Shown here in pieces: positions 1-10,196 of a DNA stretch of 64,000 nucleotides. The notes beneath the pieces were generated by a model, which did no database searches, had not been told where the DNA came from, and worked only from the letters and a program-made list of their open reading frames with translations. Origin of the DNA: Kocuria sp. (GTDB lineage: Bacteria > Actinomycetota > Actinomycetes > Actinomycetales > Micrococcaceae); NCBI RefSeq assembly GCF_030538595.1, contig NZ_JAUNTS010000003.1, forward strand, positions 134,171-198,170, written 5' to 3'. How positions within the stretch are numbered: the first letter of the stretch is position 1; every line of letters begins with the position of its first letter. A program made the translations under genes and the position numbers.

Positions 1-616
1 GTGCAGATCAAGGCGCCAAGTTCCATGACGGCTTGATTCCAGCGCACGGACAGTTCCTTGTCCTGGGGCATCAGCTGGTTGGCCAGCCGGGTTTCAGCCG
101 CACTCAGAGACTTTCCCGGCAAGGCAACCCCGGTGATCAAGCGAGCCTGGACTCGGCGGATGTTGGTGTCGACCACGGTCTGGCGGTCGGCAAAAGCAAA
201 GACGGCCACCGCCGCTGCCGTGTAGGTGCCGATACCGGGGAGAGCCAACAGCGCGGCGTGATCGTGTGGGACATGCCCTGCATGCCGGTCGACGATTGCT
301 TGTGCCGCGGCCTGGAGTCGCAGTGCCCGGCGTGGATAACCCAGGCGGTCCCAGGCACGCAAGACATCCGCGGTGGGCGCTTGGGCAAGGTCAGCTGGCG
401 TGGGCCAGCGGCGCAGCCAATCGAGCCAACGTGGCAACACCCGCACCACCGGGGTTTGTTGGAGCATGATCTCCGAGACCAGAACGCCCCAGGCCGAACA
501 GTCCAGGGAACGCCACGGCAAATCCCGCTGAGCACTCTCAAACCACCGGGTGATGCCGTGATGCAACCGACTCAGCACCGCGGGGTCAACGGCGGCGGGG
601 TTGTGCACGGTGGTCA
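1..616 (-). CDS. mutY: A/G-specific adenine glycosylase MutY, C-terminally truncated by the window edge
   Basis: Reverse-strand translation from ATG at 616 gives MTTVHNPAAV...HHGITRWFESAQRDLPWR...SEIMLQQTPV...LPGIGTYTAAAV...DTNIRRV. These are HhH-GPD MutY hallmarks. The frame runs off position 1. Confidence 0.8.
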
Positions 617-641
617 TCGGCACCACTGTAGCCTGGAGGCC

Positions 642-1616
642 ATGGCACGGGACGACTCAGGCGGGCGCTCACAGGGCGGCCACGGACAGGATGCGTACGG
701 GGACAGCAACTCCTGGGACTTTGACCTCCCCGATTTGGGCGACTCCACCCCTGTACGACGTCGCAGCGCGGGCAGTAACACCGCATCTCAGGGGAGGCAG
801 GGGCAAGACTCATTTACGACGCCGGCAGGTCAGTCTCAGCGCGACGTCCCGGAGGATGCAGGGGCCGTAAGCCGTGATGATTACGCTGACCGCGACCACC
901 ACGGTGACTACTACGACTCAGGCGACGACTTCTACGACCATGCCGCCTCGGAAACGCCGCACCGTGGCGGCGCGTGGTCCGAGCCAGGCGCTGCTACCGG
1001 TGGTCGGGTGCATGGCCCGGAAGTTTATCGGCGTCGTCGGATGATTGCCCTCATCATTGCGGTGCTGCTGGTGGGGGCCCTGGGTTTTGGGCTGATGAGC
1101 CTGCTGGGTGGGGGCGATCAGGCCGAGCCTGAGCTGGTGGTCACTGCGCAACCCACCAATACTGATCCGTTTGCGGGTTTCACCGCCCGCCCGGAATCAC
1201 AGGCCAGCGACGGCGCAACGGGCCCTGCCGCGCGGGCATGTGGCGACAAGTTGAAGGTCAGTGCCTCCACGGATCACGAAACCTACGATTCAGATGCCAA
1301 ACCCATCCTGATCATGTCCCTGGAGAACACGGGGGATGATCCGTGCATGGTCAATGCCGGCACCGCGCGGATGAACTTTTCGGTAACCAGCGGTCCTGAC
1401 AAGGTGTTCGACTCCGCGGCCTGTCAGATCGAAGGTCAGGATCGGCCCATTGAATTGAAGCCTGGCCAGACCGAAACTGCCAGGTTCGAGTGGGACAAGC
1501 GGCGTTCCGTGACGGATTGTGCCACTGAGGGTGCCGAGGTCAATCCGGGCAGCTATCGGTTGACGGTCGCTTTGGGCGAGACCCGAAGCGAAGGGGCCGA
1601 GTTCACCCTGGAGTAG
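642..1616 (+). CDS. Hypothetical membrane-anchored protein: acidic/His-rich disordered N-terminus, one TM helix, DUF4232-like C-terminal domain
   Basis: Chosen start is ATG 642, divergent from mutY. The 33..641 part of the 527-aa ORF is antisense to mutY. TM segment MIALIIAVLLVGALGFGLMSLL is followed by a beta-rich domain ending at 1616. Confidence 0.55.
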   Translation: MARDDSGGRSQGGHGQDAYGDSNSWDFDLPDLGDSTPVRRRSAGSNTASQGRQGQDSFTTPAGQSQRDVPEDAGAVSRDDYADRDHHGDYYDSGDDFYDHAASETPHRGGAWSEPGAATGGRVHGPEVYRRRRMIALIIAVLLVGALGFGLMSLLGGGDQAEPELVVTAQPTNTDPFAGFTARPESQASDGATGPAARACGDKLKVSASTDHETYDSDAKPILIMSLENTGDDPCMVNAGTARMNFSVTSGPDKVFDSAACQIEGQDRPIELKPGQTETARFEWDKRRSVTDCATEGAEVNPGSYRLTVALGETRSEGAEFTLE

Positions 1617-1689
1617 GCCCAGCGCCACGCCAAGATGTCCCTCTGCTGTTCCCCGTGCGGGTTGGCAAACGGGGGGCCTGAAGTACCTG

Positions 1690-3084
1690 TCAGGCCGGGA
1701 AGAACAGGGCCAGTGCCTCCGCGATGGTGGTGACCTCCTTGACCCGGAACCCATCAGGAATGGTGCCCGGTCCCTGCGGGCTGGCCGGAACCACGGCGTG
1801 AGTGAAGCCCAAACGGGAGACTTCATGAATGCGGCGCCCAATGCCTGGCACTGGGCGGACTTCCCCGGCCAGTCCGACCTCACCAAAACACACCAGCCTC
1901 TGGGGTAAGGGTTTGTCCTGCGCGGCTGAGGCCAGGGCCAATGCAACGGCCAAATCGGCTGCCGGTTCTCCCAAGCGAACACCGCCCACCGTGGAGACGT
2001 AGGCGTCCATGTTGCCCAGGCTCAAGCCTGCTCGGCGCTGCAGAACCGCCAGGAGCATGGCCACCCGTGAAGAGTCCAGACCTGCAGTGGCTCTGCGGGG
2101 TTGGGCCGTTTGGGACTGATCCAACAACGCCTGGACCTCAGCCAGCAGGGGGCGGCGGCCCTCCATGGTCACGGTCAAACATGTCCCTGACACTGATTGA
2201 GCAGTCCGGGAAACGAATAGTCCGGACGGGTCATCCACGGAGCGGATACCCGATTCCTGGAGTTCAAAACACCCCACCTCATCCGTGGGGCCGTACCGAT
2301 TCTTGACGGCACGGAGTAGTCGAATACTGGAGTGCTTGTCGCCTTCAAATTGGCAGACCACATCCACCAGGTGTTCCAGCAAACGGGGACCGGCAATGGC
2401 GCCTTCCTTGGTGACATGCCCCACCAAGAGCACCGTCATGCCGCGAGACTTGGCTGCTGCAATCAGTGATCCGGCTACTTCCCGCACCTGGGTGACCCCG
2501 CCGGCTGCGCCATCCACCTCTGCGCTGCTGAGCGTCTGCACGGAGTCCACCACCAAGACCTCCGGCGCCAGGGCTTCCACCTGGCCCAGGGCCGTGGCCA
2601 GATCGGTCTCCGCGGTCAGATACAGGGAGTCGGCCAAAGCTCCCACACGGTCAGCGCGCAGCTTGACCTGCGCGGCGGATTCCTCCCCGGTCACGTACAG
2701 CACCTTGCGCGCAGGCCTTGGTTGAACTCCACGTGCCACACGCGCGGCAGCATCCACCAGGAGCGTGGATTTACCAACACCGGGTTCACCAGCCAGCAGG
2801 ATGACAGCCCCCGGTACCAGCCCGCCGCCCAGTACTCGATCCAGCTCTGATACGCCGGTGGGCACAAAGGCCGCCTGGGAGGCATCAACATCTGCAATGG
2901 GTTGCGCGGGGGTCTCCACCACCCGTGCCGGTGTGGTGCGCACTTTGGCAGCACCAACTTCCTCCACGGTTCCCCAGGACTGACACTCACCGCAGCGGCC
3001 AACCCATTTGGCGGTGGCCCACCCACATTCCGTGCAGCGGTAGCCCATCTTTGCTCGGTCAGCTGCGGTGGTGCGTTTACTCAT
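1690..3084 (-). CDS. radA: DNA repair protein RadA/Sms
   Basis: C4 zinc ribbon (CTECGW...CGEC), Walker A GEPGVGKST, KNRYG motif and Lon-like C-terminus; 464 aa. Confidence 0.92.
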   Translation of the reverse strand: MSKRTTAADRAKMGYRCTECGWATAKWVGRCGECQSWGTVEEVGAAKVRTTPARVVETPAQPIADVDASQAAFVPTGVSELDRVLGGGLVPGAVILLAGEPGVGKSTLLVDAAARVARGVQPRPARKVLYVTGEESAAQVKLRADRVGALADSLYLTAETDLATALGQVEALAPEVLVVDSVQTLSSAEVDGAAGGVTQVREVAGSLIAAAKSRGMTVLLVGHVTKEGAIAGPRLLEHLVDVVCQFEGDKHSSIRLLRAVKNRYGPTDEVGCFELQESGIRSVDDPSGLFVSRTAQSVSGTCLTVTMEGRRPLLAEVQALLDQSQTAQPRRATAGLDSSRVAMLLAVLQRRAGLSLGNMDAYVSTVGGVRLGEPAADLAVALALASAAQDKPLPQRLVCFGEVGLAGEVRPVPGIGRRIHEVSRLGFTHAVVPASPQGPGTIPDGFRVKEVTTIAEALALFFPA

Positions 3085-3183
3085 GGCCTCAACCTACTGA
3101 ACGGCTCAGACAACACAACGGCCTGGCAGCCGCAGCGGCCCGTGGCTGGGTGCCGAGCGGCGCCGTCGTTGTAGGGGTGTGGT

Positions 3184-4341
3184 TCAGAGACGATCCCAGT
3201 CGTCCAGGCGGGGCAGAAGAGCCAGTGCGTCCTCGTGATCCAGGCCCGTGGCTTCCAAGAGGTCAACCACCATGGGACGTAGCAGGAGGACCAACCCCTG
3301 GCCCTCAATGGTTTCCACGCCCATGGTGTCCGGGTGCATCTGACCGGCCACCACTTCCAACTGATTGCGGGCTTGGCGTAGGTAGGATTCGCGGGCTCCT
3401 GGCTGCGCCACGGCCAGACCGTTGCCCACGGTGGTCACCACATCCGCCATGGCTTCCAGGCTTTCCGCGATCGAGTCCACGGCGGCCGGCGCCAGGGTGA
3501 TGTGGTTGATGATGCTGGCCACGCGCCGTGCCAGTACCCGGGTGTTGCGGGTGACCAGATCCAGGTAGCGGATGGCGCGAGCGATTTCATCCACCTCGGA
3601 GCGGTGGCGCCGGTGCAGCGGGGCCGCCATGGCGATCTCTTGCGAGGACTTTAGGGAGGTGGTCACCGCGTCCACAATGGGTTGAGTCTTGCGTGCCCGC
3701 ACCAGGCAGTGCCACGCGGCCTGGGAGTCATCACGACGCACGGCATCCGCAGCTTCCCGCAGTACCTCGGAGAGTTCATTGGTGAGTTTGCGCAACTGTT
3801 CCCTGGGCTGACGGCGCGGGTCTGTTGGGATCAAATACACCAGGAGCAGCGCAAAGGCTCCACCGATCATGGCGTCGATCGACCGGGTCAGCATCCCGTC
3901 CACAGGTGGCGGCAGCATCACCACCAGCAGCGACTGCAGCGCCATTTGCGTGGTGAACAAAACACCACTGTCCAGGAATTGGGCCAGCAGGACGGAGAGC
4001 AGCATGACGACGGCGGCTTGCCAGATCCCGCGGCCAATCCAGTGGGTGACGAGCTCAGCAAAAACAATGCCCAGCGTGCAGCCGATGGCCACTTCCAGCA
4101 CCCGGCGGTAACGGATGCCACCTTTGGAGAACCCCAAGGACACCGTTGCTGCGGTGGCCGCAAAAATCGGACCGTGGTGGCCCAGGACACGTTCGGCAAA
4201 CACGAACGCCCCCACCGCGGCAATGGTCAACTGCAAGGCTTGCAGAATCCCAGTTCGCACCCGCACCAGGCCGTCCTGTGCGCGTTCCTTGGCCAGGTCG
4301 ACGAAGCCACTGGTTGCTTGGGGAGAGGTGGCTTCACTCAT
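3184..4341 (-). CDS. FUSC-family membrane protein (aromatic acid exporter-like)
   Basis: 385-aa ORF with multiple hydrophobic helices and a C-terminal coiled region typical of the FUSC/YccS family. Confidence 0.6.
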   Translation of the reverse strand: MSEATSPQATSGFVDLAKERAQDGLVRVRTGILQALQLTIAAVGAFVFAERVLGHHGPIFAATAATVSLGFSKGGIRYRRVLEVAIGCTLGIVFAELVTHWIGRGIWQAAVVMLLSVLLAQFLDSGVLFTTQMALQSLLVVMLPPPVDGMLTRSIDAMIGGAFALLLVYLIPTDPRRQPREQLRKLTNELSEVLREAADAVRRDDSQAAWHCLVRARKTQPIVDAVTTSLKSSQEIAMAAPLHRRHRSEVDEIARAIRYLDLVTRNTRVLARRVASIINHITLAPAAVDSIAESLEAMADVVTTVGNGLAVAQPGARESYLRQARNQLEVVAGQMHPDTMGVETIEGQGLVLLLRPMVVDLLEATGLDHEDALALLPRLDDWDRL

Positions 4342-4476
4342 GTGGCCATCTTAGGCGCGCTGTACCCACTGGTTTTTCGCGTGACACCATCGCGGGTCTG
4401 TAGGCGGCGGTGACAGGTCCGGGATGCTGCCGTGGTGCGCCTACCGTGTGATGGGGATCTCCCCGTTCCGGGCACT

Positions 4477-4498
4477 GTTCACCTTCCGTTCATTTACT
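4477..4498 (+). promoter_or_regulatory. PHO-box-like direct repeat (GTTCACCttcc GTTCATTtact), ~170 bp upstream of pstS
   Basis: Two 11-nt direct repeat units matching the actinobacterial PhoP box core GTTCAnn, located in the pstS upstream region. Confidence 0.45.
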
Positions 4499-4663
4499 GC
4501 GGAATTGCCGTCCACGTGGCGCCCCTACAGTCATTGACCGTGAGTGCCGGGAATGAACCCAACGGTTTGTCCAGCATCACTGAGCGCCGAACCTCAACGG
4601 CGCGGATCATCATCGAGCCCCGGACACATCAAGGGGCCCTGACCTGAAGTTGAAGGGGCAATT

Positions 4664-5722
4664 GTGAAGGTTTCCCTCATTGGCCGCACCACCGCAGTAC
4701 TCGCTCTGGGCGCACTGACCTTGACCGCTTGTGGCGGCGGCAGCACCTTGACCGGCGCCGGTGCCTCCTCCCAGGAAGCAGCCATGACTGCCTGGACCAA
4801 TGGCGCACAAGAGAACGCAGATGTTGAGGTCCGCTACTCCCCGGATGGCTCCGGCGCCGGCCGTGAAGCCTTCTTGGCTGGCGGTGCCGACTTTGCCGGC
4901 TCCGACGCCATCATGAGCGACGACGAGTACGAGTCCTCCAAGAGCATCTGCGGACCCGATGGCGCGTTCCACATTCCCGCCTACATCTCCCCGATTGCGC
5001 TGGCTTTCAACCTGCCGGGCGTTGACCACGTCAACATGGATGCCGAGACCATCGCCAAGGTGTTCAACGGTGAGATCACCACCTGGAACGATCCCGAGAT
5101 CGCCCAGCAGAACGAAGGCACCGAGCTGCCCAGCACCAACATCACCGTGGTGCACCGTTCCGATGAATCCGGCACCACCGAGAACTTCACCGAGTACCTG
5201 CATGCAGTTGCCCCGGATGTGTGGACCGATGAGGCTTCCGAGTCCTGGCCCGTCTCCGGCCAGGAAAATGCACAGGGTACCTCCGGTGTGGTCTCCACCG
5301 TGAGCGGCACCGAAGGCGCCATCACTTATGCAGATGCCTCTGCTGTTGAAGAGGGCGGCGACCTTGGCACCGTTTCCGTGGGTGTTGGCGGCGAATACGT
5401 CGACCTCTCCGCTGAGGCTGCTGCCACGGCCGTTGAGGCCTCCACCGTGATCGAAGGCCGTTCCAGCGCCGAAATGGCCATGGAACTCCAGCGCGACACC
5501 CAAGAGTCTGGCGCCTACCCGATCGTTCTGGTCAGCTACCACATCTACTGCAACCAGTATCAGGACCAGGACACCGCTGACAACGCCAAGGCATTTGGCC
5601 TCTACGTGGTTTCCGAAGACGGCCAGAACGCTGCAGCCGATGCTGCAGGCTCCGCACCGCTCTCCGAGTCCCTGCGTACCCAGGCTGAAGAGTCCATCAA
5701 CGGAATCTCAGTCGCTGAGTGA
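4664..5722 (+). CDS. pstS: Phosphate ABC transporter substrate-binding lipoprotein PstS
   Basis: GTG start; lipobox LTACGGG; PBP-like 2 family similarity; first gene of the pstSCAB order. Confidence 0.9.
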   Translation: MKVSLIGRTTAVLALGALTLTACGGGSTLTGAGASSQEAAMTAWTNGAQENADVEVRYSPDGSGAGREAFLAGGADFAGSDAIMSDDEYESSKSICGPDGAFHIPAYISPIALAFNLPGVDHVNMDAETIAKVFNGEITTWNDPEIAQQNEGTELPSTNITVVHRSDESGTTENFTEYLHAVAPDVWTDEASESWPVSGQENAQGTSGVVSTVSGTEGAITYADASAVEEGGDLGTVSVGVGGEYVDLSAEAAATAVEASTVIEGRSSAEMAMELQRDTQESGAYPIVLVSYHIYCNQYQDQDTADNAKAFGLYVVSEDGQNAAADAAGSAPLSESLRTQAEESINGISVAE

Positions 5723-5918
5723 TTCTGCTGGGATGGTTCGCCCAACAAGCGAGCTGTCCATCACACGGTCCGCCCGGCCCCGAGTTCTCCGTGATCGGGA
5801 ACCGGGCGGACCGTGTGCTGTGACCGGGATGCACAAAGAACCTGGGGATTCTTTGCACAACATCCGAGCTGGTCACAACAGAACAAGACTTGACCCTCGA
5901 TTCAAAGGGGCATGACAC

Positions 5919-6911
5919 ATGTCAACCAACCTCTCCGACTCGGAGAAGCGCACAGCACGGGAGTCTGAGGCTGAGAAGCCCCGCAACTCTCTGGCCGATG
6001 CGGCATCCGCCGGTGGTCGGGCCGGTGACAAGGTTTTCTCCGGCCTGAGCCTGACGGCAGGCATCGTGATTTTTGTGATGCTGGCCGCCGTCGCCATCTT
6101 CCTGACCTGGCAGGCATCACCTGTGCTGGACATCCCGGCATCCTCGGTATCCGGCGGTAACGGGTTCCTGAACTACGTCTACCCGTTGATCCTGGGCACG
6201 CTGATGGCTGCGATCATCGCGCTGCTGATTGCCACACCGGTTGGCATCCTGGTGGCCCTTTACATCTCGCACTACGCCCCGGCCAGGGTGGCCAAGCCAG
6301 TCGGTTATGTGATTGACCTACTGGCCGCCATCCCCTCCGTGGTTTACGGCGCCTGGGGCATGACTGTGCTTTCGCCGGCACTGGCTCCTTTTTACAACTG
6401 GCTTTCGGAGAACTTCGGCTTCATTCCGTTGTTCGCAGGCCCAGCCTCTGCCACCGGGCGAACCATGATGACGGCGGGCATTGTGCTCTCCATCATGATC
6501 TTGCCGATCATCACTTCCCTGTGCCGCGAAATCTTCATCCAGACCCCCCAGCTGCACGAGGAAGCCTCCTTGGCCCTGGGCGCCACCCGGTTTGAGATGA
6601 TCCGCCAGGCCGTGCTTCCGTTTGCACGTACCGGCATCATTTCCTCCGTCATGCTGGCTCTGGGGCGTGCCCTGGGTGAAACCATGGCCGTGGCGCTGGT
6701 GCTCTCCACTGGCGGACTGCAGTGGTCGCTGATTCGTACCGGTAACAACACCATTGCCGCAGAGATTGCGCTGAACTACCCGGAGGCCTTCGGCAACCGC
6801 CTTGCGGAGCTGATTGCAGCCGGTCTGATGCTGTTCATCATCACCTTGATCGTGAACTTCATTGCGCGCGGCATCATTGCTCGCTACAAGGAATTCTCGG
6901 GGGCCAACTGA
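5919..6911 (+). CDS. pstC: Phosphate ABC transporter permease PstC
   Basis: Six-TM permease with the EAA-like loop; position in the operon. Confidence 0.9.
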   Translation: MSTNLSDSEKRTARESEAEKPRNSLADAASAGGRAGDKVFSGLSLTAGIVIFVMLAAVAIFLTWQASPVLDIPASSVSGGNGFLNYVYPLILGTLMAAIIALLIATPVGILVALYISHYAPARVAKPVGYVIDLLAAIPSVVYGAWGMTVLSPALAPFYNWLSENFGFIPLFAGPASATGRTMMTAGIVLSIMILPIITSLCREIFIQTPQLHEEASLALGATRFEMIRQAVLPFARTGIISSVMLALGRALGETMAVALVLSTGGLQWSLIRTGNNTIAAEIALNYPEAFGNRLAELIAAGLMLFIITLIVNFIARGIIARYKEFSGAN

Positions 6912-8029
6912 TGTCGATCTCCACTCAATCCAAGTCCTCCACTCCCGTGAAGAAAAACTCCCTGACCTCCGGGCAGCGGCCCAAATGGTTGGTGCCCGTG
7001 GTGATGGTGGCCGCCGTCGTCGTCGGTGCGGCGCTGTCTGCGCTGATCGGGTTTGGCATTGCCACCTGGGCCATTTTCTCTGCCGTGGTGTTCCTGGTGG
7101 CCGCGCCCATCGCGGTGACCAGCATTGAAGGAAGCCGAAAGGGCAGTGATGCGGCTCTGACCTACGTGGTCTACGCCGCCTTCATTCTGGCCATCATTCC
7201 GCTGGTCTCCGTGATCTGGACTGTGCTGGCGCGCGGTGTACCCACCATCTCCATTGACTTCCTGACCACCACCATGGGTGGCATCACGGGAACCGTGGAC
7301 CAGGCCGCCGCAACTGCCGGTGACCGACCCCCCGGAGGCGCCTTGCAGGCCATCCTGGGCACCGTGGCCATCACGTTCTGGGCCACCCTGTTTTCCGTGC
7401 CGATCGGCCTGCTGACCGCCATCTACCTGGTGGAATACTCCAATGACGGCTGGCTGGGCAAAGTGATCACCTTCCTGGTGGACGTGATGACCGGTGTGCC
7501 CTCAATCGTGGCGGGTCTGTTTGCCTCCGCGCTGTTCGGACTGATTCTTGGTCCCAACACCCGTATGGGCATCATCGGTGCCGTGGCGCTGACGGTGCTG
7601 ATGATTCCCACGGTGGTCAAGGCCACCGAGGAAATGCTCAAGATCGTTCCCAATGAGCTGCGGGAAGCCTCCTACGCCCTGGGGGTGCGGAAGTGGCGCA
7701 CCATTCTCAAGGTGGTGATCCCCACGTCCATCTCCGGCATCGCCTCCGGTGTGACCCTGGCGATCGCCCGTGTGATCGGCGAAACTGCACCGCTGCTGGT
7801 GACTGTTGGATACTTTGAGCGGGTGAACCTCAATGTCTTCAATGACTGGATGGCCACCCTGCCAACTTTCATCTACCAACAGCTCATGCGGCCCGTGGCG
7901 CCCACCGCTCCGGACCCCTCAACCGACCGCGCGTGGGGTGCAGCACTGATCCTGATTGTGTTCGTGATGCTGCTGAACCTGCTGGCACGTTTGATCGCCA
8001 AGGCGTTTGCACCCAAGACCGGCCGCTGA
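6911..8029 (+). CDS. pstA: Phosphate ABC transporter permease PstA
   Basis: Start ATGA overlaps the pstC stop; membrane permease, 372 aa. Confidence 0.9.
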   Translation: MSISTQSKSSTPVKKNSLTSGQRPKWLVPVVMVAAVVVGAALSALIGFGIATWAIFSAVVFLVAAPIAVTSIEGSRKGSDAALTYVVYAAFILAIIPLVSVIWTVLARGVPTISIDFLTTTMGGITGTVDQAAATAGDRPPGGALQAILGTVAITFWATLFSVPIGLLTAIYLVEYSNDGWLGKVITFLVDVMTGVPSIVAGLFASALFGLILGPNTRMGIIGAVALTVLMIPTVVKATEEMLKIVPNELREASYALGVRKWRTILKVVIPTSISGIASGVTLAIARVIGETAPLLVTVGYFERVNLNVFNDWMATLPTFIYQQLMRPVAPTAPDPSTDRAWGAALILIVFVMLLNLLARLIAKAFAPKTGR

Positions 8030-8065
8030 CCCGGCCCAAGAAGACTAGAGAGAAGCTGAGGATCC

Positions 8066-8845
8066 ATGTCGAAAAGAATCGACGTAGAGGGCCTGAACGT
8101 GTACTACGGCGACTTCCTGGCCGTTGAGGACGTCAACATCAACATCGAGTCCCGCTCGGTGACAGCATTCATTGGCCCTTCAGGCTGCGGCAAGTCCACC
8201 TTCCTGCGGACCTTGAACCGGATGCACGAGGTCATTCCGGGCGCCTACGCCAAGGGCAAAGTCATGCTGGATGGTGAGGATCTGTACGGCAAGGGTGTTG
8301 ACCCCGTGACCGTGCGTTCCATGGTGGGCATGGTCTTCCAGCGCCCCAACCCGTTCCCCACCATGTCCATCCGGGACAACGTGTTGGCCGGTGTGAAGCT
8401 GAACAACAAGAAGATCTCCCGTTCGGCTGCGGAAGAGCTGGTGGAGTCCTCCCTGAAGGGCGCCAACCTGTGGAATGAGGTCAAGGACCGTCTGGACAAG
8501 CCCGGTTCCGGTCTTTCCGGTGGTCAGCAGCAGCGCCTGTGCATTGCCCGCACCATGGCCGTCAAGCCTGATGTGGTGCTGATGGATGAGCCCTGTTCCG
8601 CGCTGGACCCCATCTCCACCATTGCCATTGAGGACTTGATCCACGAACTCAAAGAGCAGTTCACCGTGGTGATCGTGACCCACAACATGCAGCAGGCACA
8701 GCGGGTGGCGGACAAGACCGCGTTCTTCAACATTGAGGGAACCGGCAAGCCCGGCAAGTTGGTGGAGTACGACGACACCGCCACGATCTTCCAGAACCCC
8801 AAGCAGAAGGCCACAGAGGACTACGTCTCCGGCCGCTTCGGCTGA
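8066..8845 (+). CDS. pstB: Phosphate ABC transporter ATP-binding protein PstB
   Basis: Walker [10 protein letters not shown], signature LSGGQQQR, Walker B VLLMDEP; 259 aa. Confidence 0.95.
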   Translation: MSKRIDVEGLNVYYGDFLAVEDVNINIESRSVTAFIGPSGCGKSTFLRTLNRMHEVIPGAYAKGKVMLDGEDLYGKGVDPVTVRSMVGMVFQRPNPFPTMSIRDNVLAGVKLNNKKISRSAAEELVESSLKGANLWNEVKDRLDKPGSGLSGGQQQRLCIARTMAVKPDVVLMDEPCSALDPISTIAIEDLIHELKEQFTVVIVTHNMQQAQRVADKTAFFNIEGTGKPGKLVEYDDTATIFQNPKQKATEDYVSGRFG

Positions 8846-8925
8846 TCCTTGGCGTTCTGCTGAACGTGCCCGGGCGGAGGTAATCCACCCGGGTACGTCC
8901 TAGTTTGTGGGGCCGGCACCTTTGG

Positions 8926-8972
8926 GCGCGCCAAATGCGTTTTCCGGGCCTCCAAAACGCATTTGCCGTGCT
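8926..8972. repeat. Palindromic element copy 1 (CAAATGCGTTTT-N10-AAAACGCATTTG with a GGCCTC-containing loop)
   Basis: Inverted repeat seen directly. It lies between the convergent 3' ends of pstB and the DUF559 gene. A near-identical copy is at 10104..10151. Confidence 0.7.
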
Positions 8973-8980
8973 CAAGTTGG

Positions 8981-9967
8981 TCAGCGTGCCAAGAGTGCGC
9001 GGGTGACGTCTGTCACCAAACCTTCACGACGACGCCGCTGGCGGATGTCTGCTGACACTGCCAGGTGGATGTCCCATCCCATGCGCTTGAACCGCGTGAG
9101 ACGGTGGAGCTCATCTCCGTAAGTCTGACGGTCCTGGTAGTGAATGGCCCCGTTGTACTCCACCCCCACTTTTTGTTCTTCCCATCCCAGGTCCAGATAT
9201 GCCTTGGAGCCATCTGGAAAGACAACCAGTAGGTTCGGCGTGGGCGGTGGAAGACCGGCCGCAATGAAGAGCAGACGCAACAGGGTCTCCATGGGGGACC
9301 ACACATTGGCCGCACTGCGGTCGAGTGCGCGTTGCAGCAAAGAAGCACCACGCGTGTATGGCGGTAGCGCATCCAAGAGGTGCTGCAAGTCGGCGGGTGT
9401 GATCGGCCAGCGAGGATCCGGGTAGGCCAGACCGGTTGCAAGAATGTGGTCCACGGCAGCCACGGCCTTCCATCCCGGTAGCAGGGGCTGAACGGCCAAA
9501 AGAGTTTCCAGCGCGCCGGTGATCCGGCAGCCCCACAGTGCGGTGTCCTTGGGTAGTCCCAGGCCACGACGCATGAGCAGGTCAGTCCGTCCCTGGTACC
9601 GGCGGCCAGAGTCAAAAGACAGCTGTGGGCGGTCATGGATGTACGGCAGCAGGACGGTCTCCTCCAAGGCCGCGTGTGACCACGCCATCCCATTCATCAG
9701 CGGAATGCCCCACAGCTTTGCCGCGCTGACCCCTGCGACCGCTGTTTCGGACCCAAAATGAGGTTGAACCAGGGCTGCGATCTCAGGAGAAGACAGCAGT
9801 TCCTTCCGCACGTCCGCTCCCAGAGGTTCGGGAAACCGCGCCCAGAGTGAGTGAATCAGGTGAAACATGTGCGGGTCGTGTTCCAACTGCCTGGTGCTTC
9901 GGCCCCATTCGGAGGGGGTGCGCACTTGCGGCGGAGGAAAACGGGCGCGGTATCGGGCACGAGTCAT
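8981..9967 (-). CDS. DUF559 (Vsr/REase-like fold) domain protein with an AbiEi_4-like N-terminal region
   Basis: C-terminal motif LGWEEQKVGVEYNGAIHYQD...RMGWDIHLAVSADI is typical of DUF559 endonuclease-like domains; 328 aa. Confidence 0.6.
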   Translation of the reverse strand: MTRARYRARFPPPQVRTPSEWGRSTRQLEHDPHMFHLIHSLWARFPEPLGADVRKELLSSPEIAALVQPHFGSETAVAGVSAAKLWGIPLMNGMAWSHAALEETVLLPYIHDRPQLSFDSGRRYQGRTDLLMRRGLGLPKDTALWGCRITGALETLLAVQPLLPGWKAVAAVDHILATGLAYPDPRWPITPADLQHLLDALPPYTRGASLLQRALDRSAANVWSPMETLLRLLFIAAGLPPPTPNLLVVFPDGSKAYLDLGWEEQKVGVEYNGAIHYQDRQTYGDELHRLTRFKRMGWDIHLAVSADIRQRRRREGLVTDVTRALLAR

Positions 9968-10103
9968 GTTCCGAGGCTAGGTTTCAGGAAGGGCCTGGTC
10001 GGCGTTGTCCACAGGAAGAATTCCCCTGGGGAGCGCTGAAACAGCCTGTGGAGCCACAATGCCCGGGGCAGGTGGGAGGCTCGGCCACGTGCCGCACTCT
10101 TTG

Positions 10104-10151
10104 GACGTGGCAAATGCGTTTGAGGGGCCTCAAAAACGCATTCGCCACGTC
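10104..10151. repeat. Palindromic element copy 2 (GACGTGGCAAATGCGTTT-gaggggcctc-AAAAACGCATTCGCCACGTC)
   Basis: 18-bp arms with a GGCCTC loop, matching copy 1. Lies between the pit 3' end and the DUF559 gene 5' region. Confidence 0.7.
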
Positions 10152-10196
10152 GAAAGTTCCAGGGGTGAGCGCGGGGTGAGTGCGGGGGCCGCTGGA

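Noticed and set aside
33-641. 5' two-fifths of the 527-aa plus-strand ORF
   Set aside because: It lies antisense to a clearly recognisable mutY coding frame; the real gene most likely starts at ATG 642.
1290-1982. 230-aa minus-strand ORF spanning the end of the 642-1616 gene and radA
   Set aside because: It overlaps two better-supported genes in other frames.
1690-4341. Expected disA next to radA
   Set aside because: No DisA-like ORF is present in the window. Its absence here is not evidence of anything unusual.
3682-4413. 243-aa plus-strand ORF
   Set aside because: It is antisense to the FUSC-family gene; His/Gln/Arg-rich low complexity.
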